Source: an uncultured Thermoanaerobaculia bacterium (GTDB lineage: Bacteria > Acidobacteriota > Thermoanaerobaculia > Thermoanaerobaculales > Sulfomarinibacteraceae). Taken from it: 64,000 nucleotides of DNA. The position numbers and the translations under genes are program-made. The notes under the pieces were generated by a model that did no database searches, was not told the DNA's origin, and saw only the letters and a program-made list of their open reading frames with translations. Location of the stretch: contig CAZSTH010000002.1 in NCBI GenBank assembly GCA_964609835.1, positions 19,227 to 83,226 on the forward strand. Direction: 5' to 3'. Below, one piece after another: positions 1-7,948 of this stretch; within the stretch, counting starts at the first letter, position 1; each line of letters starts with the position of its first letter.

Positions 1-183
1 CTCGCTCCGCAGCTGGTCGACCTGGTCGCCTTCCTCCTCGGCCGCCACCGGTTCCAAGCCCGCGTCCTCCTCGGCTCGAGGCTCGCCGACGGGCGCACCC
101 TCGTCGTTGGCATCGATGAACTCGATTTCCACCTCCTCACTGAAGTTGTCTGCATCCAGCGGGAAATCCTTGTCGTCAGGCAT
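1..183 (-). CDS. grpE: probable GrpE nucleotide-exchange factor, 5' end only (runs off window)
   Basis: The ATG at 183 overlaps the hrcA stop by 8 nt (ATGCCTGA). It translates to MPDDKDFPLDADNFSEEVEIEFIDANDEG..., an acidic N-terminus. The call rests mainly on the conserved hrcA-grpE order, because the conserved GrpE core lies outside the window. Confidence 0.4.
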   Translation of the reverse strand, partial: MPDDKDFPLDADNFSEEVEIEFIDANDEGAPVGEPRAEEDAGLEPVAAEEEGDQVDQLRSE

Positions 184-1225
184 GCGAGGCTCCAGGGGTC
201 TCGAGAATGTGAGTCAGGGAATCGCCGATGAACTCGACCACCGGGACGATCCGCTGGTAGTCGAGCCGCCGGGGCCCGACGACCCCGATCGCACCGACGC
301 GGCGCTGGCCCCTGAAGTACAGGGTGGCCACCATTCCGAGCCCACCGTCCGCGGTCGTCGTCGACTCGCCACCGATCAGGACCTGGGTTCGGCCTCGCGC
401 GAAGGCCCGCCGCAGCTCGCCAGCGATGCGCGGCCGGTCGTCGAGCGCGGACATCAGCGAACGGACGCGCTCGATCTCCGAAAACTCGGCGCTCGCGAGC
501 AGGTTCTCGGTGCCCACGATCCGCACCTCGACGTCGATCTCGCCGGTCACGAACAGCCTGCCCGCGATCGCGAGAGCATCCTGACGCAGCTCCTCCGAGC
601 CGTCGGAGAGTTCTCCGAGCGACGGTTTGTCGAGGCGGTCCGCCACGTCGCCGAGACGGGTGCCCGCGAGGGTTCGGGTGAGCAGGTTGGAGACCTCCTG
701 CAGGCGCTCACGGGTCGGCTCGTCATCGAGCTCGATGACGCGCTTCTCGATCGTGCCGTCGTCCGTGATGATCACACCGAGGACCCGGCAGCCGCCGAGG
801 AGCACCAGCGTCATCGCCTCGAGCGCGGGACCCGAGCCGACCGGGCGCACGGCCATCCCGGCTTCACGAGTCGCTTCCGCAACCAGCTCCGCGACCCACT
901 CGATGTCCTCCTCGAGCTCGCGTCTGAGGGACTCCATCCGCGCCTCGATCTCTCGCCGGATTCGCGGCGGAGGCGGCGTCCCGGCGGGCAGGCGATCGAC
1001 ATAGACCCGAAGGCCCCGATCCGACGGAACGCTGCCGGCGGAGGTGTGCGGCCGTTCCAGCAGCCCGGCCTCCTCGAGCTCGGCCATGACGTGGCGAATG
1101 GTCGCGGAGGAGAGACCGAGCCCGGAGTGGCGGGCCACCAGGCGCGACGCCACCGGCGCGCCGCTCCGGATGTACAGTTCCACCACCGCATAGAGAACGG
1201 AGTACGCTCTCTTGCTCAGATGCAT
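176..1225 (-). CDS. hrcA: heat-inducible transcription repressor HrcA
   Basis: MHLSKRAYSVLYAVVELYIRSGAPVASRLVARHSGLGLSSATIRHVMAELEEAGLLERPHTSAGSVPSDRGLRVYVD is the HrcA N-terminal wHTH signature. The length from ATG 1225 is about 349 aa. The track start at 1321 adds a non-conserved 32-aa leader and was rejected. Confidence 0.9.
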   Translation of the reverse strand: MHLSKRAYSVLYAVVELYIRSGAPVASRLVARHSGLGLSSATIRHVMAELEEAGLLERPHTSAGSVPSDRGLRVYVDRLPAGTPPPPRIRREIEARMESLRRELEEDIEWVAELVAEATREAGMAVRPVGSGPALEAMTLVLLGGCRVLGVIITDDGTIEKRVIELDDEPTRERLQEVSNLLTRTLAGTRLGDVADRLDKPSLGELSDGSEELRQDALAIAGRLFVTGEIDVEVRIVGTENLLASAEFSEIERVRSLMSALDDRPRIAGELRRAFARGRTQVLIGGESTTTADGGLGMVATLYFRGQRRVGAIGVVGPRRLDYQRIVPVVEFIGDSLTHILETPGASHA

Positions 1226-1470
1226 GCGAATCTCCTGGTCATGCTCCACGTCGAGCCAGCCTTCGGGACAGGAAACTCCCGACTCCCTCCACCGTCGAGG
1301 CTCCGGGCCGACTCGCTTCATTGTAGCATCGACGCCGCGACCGCCGGTGACCGGATCGCGAGGCGCGGCCGAGGCCGAAACGGCCTCCGACGCGCAAGCG
1401 ACTGTCCAGATTGACCGTTGTGGGGCACTGTGTTAGCTTGGATTTTGGCGACAGGCTCGCAATATCCGAC

Positions 1471-2901
1471 ATGGTTTTCTTCAACTGGGCAACGATGCAG
1501 ATGGCCGCCAAGATCGTGTACTACGGTCCTGGCCTCTGTGGAAAAACGTCCAATCTCAGCTACATCTACGCCAAGACCTCTCCCAACTCGCGCGGCGAGA
1601 TGGTGTCCCTCGAGACCGAGTCCGAGCGGACGCTCTTCTTCGATCTGCTGCCGATCGAAGTTGGCACCATCGGCGGCTTCAAGACGCGCCTCCAGCTCTA
1701 CACGGTGCCGGGCCAGGTCTTCTACAACACGACCCGAAAGCTGGTGCTCAAGGGTGTGGACGGACTGGTGTTCGTCGCCGACTCGCAACGGCCGATGCGG
1801 GACGCCAACATCGAGAGCTTCAAGAGCCTGGTCGACAACCTCAAGGAGTTCGGCCTCGAGGTATCGGACGTTCCCATCGTCCTCCAATTCAACAAGAGAG
1901 ACCTCAACAACGTCCTTTCCCTCGACGAGCTCAACGCCGACCTCAACCCGAACGGCGCGTTCTCCTATTTCGAAGCCTCGGCCGTCAATGGCGAGGGCGT
2001 GATCACCACCTTGAAGGCGATCACCAAGATCACCCTCAAGCAGTTGCGCTCGAAGATGGCCGCACCCGAGACCCCGGCCCGACCCGGCAAGCTGGGCACG
2101 CCGTCGGTGCGGCCGGTCAGACCGCCGAAGCCGGCGCCGTCGATCTCCGCCGAGTCGCTGCTCAGCGCTGCTGAGGAAGGGGTCGGTAGCAACCAGGGTC
2201 AGGCTTCGCCGCCGGCAGTCGAGGCCGAGCCGTCCCGCGAGGCCGCGGCGGCGGCCGAAACCGAGGCGCCGCCGGCCGCGGCGCCGGGCGACAAACCCGA
2301 GTCCGAGCAGCCGGCGGCCGCTGCGCCTCTGGAGGAACCGGAGCCGTGGTCCGCCGCAGCGCCGCCAAAGGAGGAGCCCGAGCCGTGGTCGGCCGCAGCG
2401 CCGCCGGAGGAGCGCGAGCCGGTCCTGGTGGACGAGCTGGAGGGCCCGAAGGCCGCCGAGGCGACGTCTGAACCGGCGGCGCGACTCGAGGCGCAGCCAT
2501 TCGAACCGCCGCCGGCGGCCGACGTCGGCCAGGAGCAGCCTGCCGTCAAGCGGGTGCAGGTGTCGAATCAGTTCGACATCCTGGCAGAACTCGACAACCT
2601 CAGACAACGGGCAACCATGGCGAACGGAACGAAGGAGATCGCGCCGCCGAACGCGGCCTCCGATGACGTCGTCGAGGCGCCCGGGGACGGCCTCACCCGA
2701 GAGCTGACCAGCAACGTGGAGAAGTCGCTCAACTCGGATATCTTCAAGAACATGCGGGGCATGCAGCTGGCGATCCGCATTCAGAACGAGCATGGAGATA
2801 CCATCCACACCCTGGACCCGGTCTCGCTCGACGTCGACGATGCCGCCGCGCTCCGCAGGCTCTGCCTTCGCTTCGAACTCGATCTGGAGAACCTGCCTTG
2901 A
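1471..2901 (+). CDS. MglA-type Ras-like GTPase with ~300-aa C-terminal extension
   Basis: From ATG 1471 the protein reads MVFFNWATMQMAAKIVYYGPGLCGKTSNL (P-loop), LYTVPGQVFYNTTRKLVLKGVDGLVFVADSQ (switch II), FNKRDL and EASAVNGEGV. The same frame then continues through a P/A/E-rich linker and a ~110-aa C-terminal module with no stop. Confidence 0.85.
   Translation: MVFFNWATMQMAAKIVYYGPGLCGKTSNLSYIYAKTSPNSRGEMVSLETESERTLFFDLLPIEVGTIGGFKTRLQLYTVPGQVFYNTTRKLVLKGVDGLVFVADSQRPMRDANIESFKSLVDNLKEFGLEVSDVPIVLQFNKRDLNNVLSLDELNADLNPNGAFSYFEASAVNGEGVITTLKAITKITLKQLRSKMAAPETPARPGKLGTPSVRPVRPPKPAPSISAESLLSAAEEGVGSNQGQASPPAVEAEPSREAAAAAETEAPPAAAPGDKPESEQPAAAAPLEEPEPWSAAAPPKEEPEPWSAAAPPEEREPVLVDELEGPKAAEATSEPAARLEAQPFEPPPAADVGQEQPAVKRVQVSNQFDILAELDNLRQRATMANGTKEIAPPNAASDDVVEAPGDGLTRELTSNVEKSLNSDIFKNMRGMQLAIRIQNEHGDTIHTLDPVSLDVDDAAALRRLCLRFELDLENLP
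2332..2409 (+). repeat. 2 x 39-nt in-frame tandem duplication inside the GTPase extension
   Basis: Unit 1 is gaggaaccggagccgtggtccgccgcagcgccgccaaag and unit 2 is gaggagcccgagccgtggtcggccgcagcgccgccggag. They encode EEPEPWSAAAPPK and EEPEPWSAAAPPE. Confidence 0.9.
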
Positions 2902-4898
2902 CCGGTGACCGCAGAGGTGCGACACATCAGCTGACAGCCGGGGCCGTGCTGGCCCTCGTCCTGGCGGGGTGCGCGGCGACCGCGCCACCCTCCCGACAAC
3001 CGATGACCGGCAGTGAAACCGTCCTCCAGAAGCAACGCGAGTGGGAGGATCAGACCCGATCGATCGCCGACGCCCTGATGGCGAAGGCTCAGGAGCTGAG
3101 CCTTGCGGGCCGCACCGACGATGCGCTGGCGCGGGCCGACGAGGCGCTGTGCGAGGTCGTGTCAACGACCCCGGGATACCAGGTGCGCGGAGCCTACCTC
3201 GAATACCTCGCCACCCTCATCGACGAGGTCGATGAGATCGAGGCGATCGCACTTCGTCCAGGCCTCGAGCTGCGTTCTGATGAGGAGCTGGTGATCCTGC
3301 CGCCGCTCGATCTGTTCGTCGGCGACGCAGCTGGTGCCGAGGCGGTCCACATCGACGAGGGCCCGCTGCCCGAGAGCGACTATCCGCTCGTGTTCAACCC
3401 GACCGTGGAGAAATTCCTGGCTGCCATGAGCGCCAACGGCGAGTACCGCCAACGCATCGAGGCCGGCCTGTCGCGGGCCGGTGCCTACCTGCCGATGATC
3501 CGAGAGCGATTCACCGCAGCAGGCCTGCCGCTCGACCTCGCCTATCTGCCGCTGATCGAGTCGGCGTTCTCGGTGCGGGCATACTCACGGGCGCGGGCGC
3601 TCGGCATGTGGCAGTTCATCTCCGCCACCGGGCGCTATTACGGACTCGACGTCGGATCGCTGGTGGACGAACGCCGCGACCCCGAGCTCTCGACCGCGGC
3701 CGCCGCCGCCTACCTGACCGACCTCTATGCCGAGTTCGGGGACTGGCATCTCGCCCTCGCCGCCTACAACTCCGGTGCGGGCAACGTGCGGCGTGCGATC
3801 CGACGGTCGGGGAGCAGGGATTTCTGGACTCTCCGCAACCATCTGCCACGCGAGACCCGCAACTACGTGCCGGCTTTCATCGCCTCGGTGATCGTCGCCA
3901 AGCGCCCGCAGGAGCACGGTTTCGATCCGCCCGCCGGGGAACCTTGGAGCTTCCAGACCGTCGAGATTCCGGATGCCCTGGACCTCGAGTTCCTGGCCTC
4001 GGGCAGCGGCATCTCCGTCGCCGAGCTCCGCGACCTCAACCCGGCGATTCGCCACGACCTGACCCCCGCGCGCCGCACCACAGTCCTGCGCGTACCCCCG
4101 GGCACGGTCGAGGCGGTCAACCGGCTGCTCGCCGGCACCCCGCGCAGCGAGTGGGCGCCTCGCATGCTGCACACCGTCCGCAACGGCGACAGCCTCTACT
4201 CCATCGCGCGCCGCTACGGCTCCACGGTGAGCGCGATCCGGCAGGCCAACGGTCTCAGCGGCAGCCTCATCCGGCCCGGCCAGAGCCTGGTCGTGCCCCG
4301 ATTCGGCTCGAGTTTCCGAACCCCGACTTCGACTGTCGGCCGCACGGTCGTTGCCGGTGGCTACACGGTGCAGAAGAACGACACGCTCTGGGAGATCGCC
4401 CGCGCATTCTCGGTCTCTCTCGACAGCCTGTGCGCCGCCAACGGCCTTTCGCGAAGGGACATCATCCGCCCGGGGCAGCAGCTGCGGATTCCCGGCAGAT
4501 CGTCGGCGACCGCTTTAGCCTCCGTCACCGCCCCCGTCTCCGACTCCGCCGCCACCCACACCGTCGCTCGCGGCGACACCCTCTACGACATCGCGCGCCG
4601 CCACGGTGTCTCGATCAGCGATCTCAAGCGCGCCAACCGTCTCTCCGGTTCGAGGATTTACCCCGGCAAGGTGCTGCGAATCCCTGCGCCCTCGGAGAAA
4701 CCGGTGGCCGAACCTGCACGCAGTGCTTCGGGCGATGCCGGAAACGGTTACCAGGTGCGGGCCGGCGACACCCTCTACGACATCGCACGCCGTTTCGGCG
4801 TCTCGGTGACCGAGCTGCGCAGGGCCAACGGCCTGCGCAGCTCGCGCATCTATCCCGGTGACGTGCTGCAGATTCCGGCCTCGAACGCGAAAGGCTGA
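2898..4898 (+). CDS. membrane-bound lytic murein transglycosylase (MltD-like) lipoprotein with 4 LysM repeats
   Basis: The TTG start overlaps the upstream stop (TTGA). There is a lipobox at LALVLAGC. SLT domain motifs are present: LPLIESAFSVRAYSRARALGMWQF and AAYNSGAGNVRRAI. Four LysM units match the pattern (Y/H)xVxxGDTLYxIAxRxGVSxxxLxxANxL. Confidence 0.85.
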   Translation: MTGDRRGATHQLTAGAVLALVLAGCAATAPPSRQPMTGSETVLQKQREWEDQTRSIADALMAKAQELSLAGRTDDALARADEALCEVVSTTPGYQVRGAYLEYLATLIDEVDEIEAIALRPGLELRSDEELVILPPLDLFVGDAAGAEAVHIDEGPLPESDYPLVFNPTVEKFLAAMSANGEYRQRIEAGLSRAGAYLPMIRERFTAAGLPLDLAYLPLIESAFSVRAYSRARALGMWQFISATGRYYGLDVGSLVDERRDPELSTAAAAAYLTDLYAEFGDWHLALAAYNSGAGNVRRAIRRSGSRDFWTLRNHLPRETRNYVPAFIASVIVAKRPQEHGFDPPAGEPWSFQTVEIPDALDLEFLASGSGISVAELRDLNPAIRHDLTPARRTTVLRVPPGTVEAVNRLLAGTPRSEWAPRMLHTVRNGDSLYSIARRYGSTVSAIRQANGLSGSLIRPGQSLVVPRFGSSFRTPTSTVGRTVVAGGYTVQKNDTLWEIARAFSVSLDSLCAANGLSRRDIIRPGQQLRIPGRSSATALASVTAPVSDSAATHTVARGDTLYDIARRHGVSISDLKRANRLSGSRIYPGKVLRIPAPSEKPVAEPARSASGDAGNGYQVRAGDTLYDIARRFGVSVTELRRANGLRSSRIYPGDVLQIPASNAKG

Positions 4899-4973
4899 TC
4901 CTCCTTTCCGAGCTCCCTGACCTCGAATCGGACTGTTACAATCGCGAGCCCATCACGGGAATGGAGCGCGTTG

Positions 4974-7082
4974 ATGCCGGAATCCACGACAGTCAAATCA
5001 GAGTTGGAGCGGGCGATCGAGAGCGGCGACTGGGAACGCGTCGAGGAGGTGTGGCTCGAGGCGCTCGAGCAGCGGCCGGTTCCCGCCGCCGAGCTTCACG
5101 AGGCGCGGCGGCGAATCTGGCGGGCGGGACGTAAAAGCCTCGCGCTGACCCTGCTCGAGCTCCTCGTCGACACTCTTGACGACACCGGTCCGCCGGCCGC
5201 CGCCCTCGAAGCGACGCGGGAGCTGGTCCGGCTGACCGGGGGGAAGGCCCCGGACGAGCTCAAGCAGCGCCTGCTCGAGAGCCTTCGCGAGGCGCGCTCC
5301 GACACCCGGTCGCTCGAACAGGTCCTCGAACGACACCGGATCGTGGATTCGCGTCGGCCGTTGGACGAGCTCGACGCCGCCGAGCGCTGGCTCGACCACG
5401 ACGTCGGAACGGTGGTCGAGGTCGTTGGCAGGGGCGTCGGGCGGGTGGTGGATCTCAACCTGCAGCTCGAGAACGTCAAGGTCGATATCGGCACCGGGCG
5501 GCCGATGTCGATCCCGTTCGGCGCGGTGCGCAAGCACCTGCGCCCACTGCCGGCCGACGACATCCGGCGCCGGATGGTGGAAAACCCCGACCAGATCGTC
5601 GAGTTCGTGGGGGCGGAGCCCGGCGAGGCCCTGGTGCAGATCTTGGAGAGCCTCGGCGAGCGGTCGGACGTGGCAGCAATCAAGACCGCCATCGAGGCAG
5701 TCCTCCCCGCGAGCCGCTGGACGTCGTGGTGGACGAAAGCGCGCAAGCACCCGAGGGTCGTGAGCTCGGGCTCCGGCTCACGGCTCTCGTACTCCGTGAC
5801 CGAGAGCGCGGAGGACGCGGTCGACGCCCTGCTCGAGGAGCTGAGGGCGGCGCCTCCCGCCGACCGCTTGCCGATCGTCCGCCGGCTGTCCGACCGCGGG
5901 ACGGATGTTGCCGCCCACACCGCGGAGATCCTCGCCGGCTCGCTCGACGAGCTGGTCACCCATGATCCCGGTCTGGCTTGGCAGACAGCCGGCGCGCTCG
6001 TCGAGCTGCCTGGAGGAGCCGACCCGGCTGCCACCTGCCGGCGCCGCCTGCTGACCGAGACCGAGCCGCTCGCACTGTTGTCGGGCATCGCGGATCGAGC
6101 CTCCCGTCTCGAAGCCCTCGATGAGATCCGAACACAGCGACCGGAAGGTTGGCCCGAGGTTTGGGGGGAGTGGATGCTGCACGACGACAACTCCCAGGTC
6201 CTCGACACCATTGTCCGCGGGCTGGTGAACGAGGGTCGAGGCGAGCTCGTCGACGAGAGCCTCGAGGCCGTGTTCCGCAATCACTTCCAACACCCGGCGC
6301 AGTTCATCTGGGCGTGTGAGGCGATGACCAAAGAGGGTTGCCCGGATCCAGTACGGCAGCGGATGACGCCGTCGCTGTTGGAGAAGCTGCCCGAGACGCT
6401 GTCGCGGCAGGAGTTCGCTCCCTTCCGCAACCGCGCCAAGGGACTGCTCGACGGCGGCAAGGTCGCCGTCCGGCTGCTGCTGGAGTCTGCGTCGGCACAA
6501 CAGGCCGATCGTTTCCGCCAGCGCGTCGAACGGCTTGACAACGTCGAACCGCTGCGGCTCAAGCTCATCGAGCAGGCCACGCAGCACCATCGTTCCGAGA
6601 CGGCCCAGGTGGACGCTCCGATTCTCGCGGCCAGCCGCAGCGCGGTCGAGGGTAAGCGCGAGGAGCTGCGGTTGCTCCTCGAAAAGGAGATCCCGAAGAC
6701 TCTCAAGGGCATCAAAGCCGCCGCGGCCGAGGGTGATCTGCGCGAGAACTTCGAGTACCACATGCTGCGGGATCGGCAGGAGCTGCAGTCTGCACGAGCG
6801 GCCAAGCTTCAGGAGGAGCTGGCGGTGGTGCGGGTGCTCGAGCCGGGAGCTGCCGACACCTCCACCGTCAACATCGGGACCGTGGTCCACCTCCAGGCCG
6901 AGGACGGAGGCACGATCGAACCGATCACGATCCTCGGAGCGTGGGATGCCGACCTCGAACGGCGGATCTTCGCCAACGGCTCGGAGCTGGCACAGCGAAT
7001 CCTCGGCAAGACCGTCGGCGACACGGTCACGGTCGAGGAGGGCCCGGCGACGATCACGAAGATCGAGGAGTGGGGAGGGTGA
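4974..7082 (+). CDS. large protein with GreA/GreB-type C-terminal domain
   Basis: The C-terminal ~150 aa read EGDLRENFEYHMLRDRQELQSARAAKLQEEL...VNIGTVVHLQAEDGGTIEPITILGAWDADLERRIFANGSELAQRILGKTVGDTVTV, which resembles the Gre coiled-coil tip plus FKBP-like domain. The N-terminal ~550 aa are helical and of unknown function. GGAG lies 6 nt upstream of ATG 4974. Confidence 0.7.
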   Translation: MPESTTVKSELERAIESGDWERVEEVWLEALEQRPVPAAELHEARRRIWRAGRKSLALTLLELLVDTLDDTGPPAAALEATRELVRLTGGKAPDELKQRLLESLREARSDTRSLEQVLERHRIVDSRRPLDELDAAERWLDHDVGTVVEVVGRGVGRVVDLNLQLENVKVDIGTGRPMSIPFGAVRKHLRPLPADDIRRRMVENPDQIVEFVGAEPGEALVQILESLGERSDVAAIKTAIEAVLPASRWTSWWTKARKHPRVVSSGSGSRLSYSVTESAEDAVDALLEELRAAPPADRLPIVRRLSDRGTDVAAHTAEILAGSLDELVTHDPGLAWQTAGALVELPGGADPAATCRRRLLTETEPLALLSGIADRASRLEALDEIRTQRPEGWPEVWGEWMLHDDNSQVLDTIVRGLVNEGRGELVDESLEAVFRNHFQHPAQFIWACEAMTKEGCPDPVRQRMTPSLLEKLPETLSRQEFAPFRNRAKGLLDGGKVAVRLLLESASAQQADRFRQRVERLDNVEPLRLKLIEQATQHHRSETAQVDAPILAASRSAVEGKREELRLLLEKEIPKTLKGIKAAAAEGDLRENFEYHMLRDRQELQSARAAKLQEELAVVRVLEPGAADTSTVNIGTVVHLQAEDGGTIEPITILGAWDADLERRIFANGSELAQRILGKTVGDTVTVEEGPATITKIEEWGG

Positions 7083-7111
7083 CGAACTCGGAGTTCGGAG
7101 TTCAGAAACCG

Positions 7112-7139
7112 AAAAAGGCCTCGGGGGTCCCCCGAGGCC
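7112..7139 (-). terminator. rho-independent terminator between convergent genes (T-run on the hsp20 side)
   Basis: A perfect 11-bp stem is formed by ggcctcggggg, a single t, and cccccgaggcc (7117-7139). On the minus strand it is followed by TTTTT (plus-strand aaaaa at 7112-7116). It lies 28 nt after the hsp20 stop. Confidence 0.75.
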
Positions 7140-7166
7140 GAGGCGTCAGTCATGTGAACGTGGATC

Positions 7167-7628
7167 CTACTCCTCGACCTTGATCGAGATCGAGCGCGGC
7201 TTCGACTCCTCTCGCTTGGGCAGGGTCAGAATCATCTCGCCATTCTTGAAACGGGCGTTGATGTTCTCGGTGTCGACCGAGTTCGGGACCGAGAACGTCC
7301 GCTCGAACAGCCCGTACTGGCGTTCCACCCTGTGATAGGTGTCGCCCTCCGAGGTCTCCTCGAGCTTGCGCTCGCCGCGAATGCTGAGGATGCCCTCCTC
7401 GACCGTCACCTCCACGTCCTCGGCCCTGAGGCCGGGCAGGTCGGCAGAGATGATGATCGCACCCTCCTTTTCGAGGATGTTGATGGCCGGCATCCACGAG
7501 CCACGCAGCGACCGCTGCTCGCCCGACCGGCGGAGACGCCCTCCGAGCATCTCGTCGTAGAGCTGCTCCATCCGCTGCGCCATCGAAGCCATTTCCGTAT
7601 CCGGATTCCAACGAGTCAAGAGAGCCAT
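7167..7628 (-). CDS. Hsp20/alpha-crystallin small heat-shock protein
   Basis: Alpha-crystallin domain sequence: PAINILEKEGAIIISADLPGLRAEDVEVTVEEGILSIRGERK...YHRVERQYGLFERTFSVPNSVDTENINARFKNGEMILTLPK. AAGGAGG lies 8 nt upstream of ATG 7628. The track's GTG at 7637 abuts the SD and was rejected. Confidence 0.9.
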   Translation of the reverse strand: MALLTRWNPDTEMASMAQRMEQLYDEMLGGRLRRSGEQRSLRGSWMPAINILEKEGAIIISADLPGLRAEDVEVTVEEGILSIRGERKLEETSEGDTYHRVERQYGLFERTFSVPNSVDTENINARFKNGEMILTLPKREESKPRSISIKVEE

Positions 7629-7663
7629 GGTGTTCACCTCCTTACGTCGTCTCTCACACTGGC

Positions 7664-7692
7664 AATTTAAAATCTAAGCTCTAATTTGTCAA
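7664..7692 (-). promoter_or_regulatory. sigma70-like promoter for hsp20 (TTGACA-N17-TAAATT)
   Basis: The minus strand reads TTGACAaattagagcttagatttTAAATT. The -35 box is at 7692-7687 and the -10 box at 7669-7664. The promoter is embedded in a ~115-nt AT-rich island. Confidence 0.55.
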
Positions 7693-7948
7693 GTCCTAAA
7701 ATAAAAAATTTTTAGAATATGAGGTAATTATAGAAGAAATAATATAAACCCATTACAATGAACATAATGAACCGGATCTGACTGGCCCCGCAGGCCCACA
7801 CCGCGCGAGCGGGCAGCGCCAGGGTCAGGCAAACCCGGGGGCCGCGAAAGCTCTCGTCCGAGGAGGGGAAGACACCGAGCACCGCGTCCCGCCGTTTCCG
7901 GTCCGGCGCGCGGGAATGTCGCTTCGGTCCCTGGTATATTGAGGGGCT

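Noticed and set aside
107-1414. 435-aa plus-strand ORF covering hrcA
   Set aside because: It is antisense to a clearly recognisable HrcA. The composition is Arg/Ala/Gly/Pro-rich, typical of shadow frames in high-GC DNA.
1226-1470. Search for a CIRCE operator (TTAGCACTC-N9-GAGTGCTAA) upstream of hrcA, and also upstream of hsp20 at 7629-7700
   Set aside because: No convincing match was found on either strand. Only a 7-bp hairpin, gaggccg-aaa-cggcctc (1371-1387), and a weak TTGACC-N17-TAGCTT were seen, and neither was called.
1318-3165. 615-aa minus-strand ORF opposite the MglA-like gene
   Set aside because: It is an Arg-rich, low-complexity shadow ORF. The opposite strand encodes a protein with unmistakable GTPase motifs.
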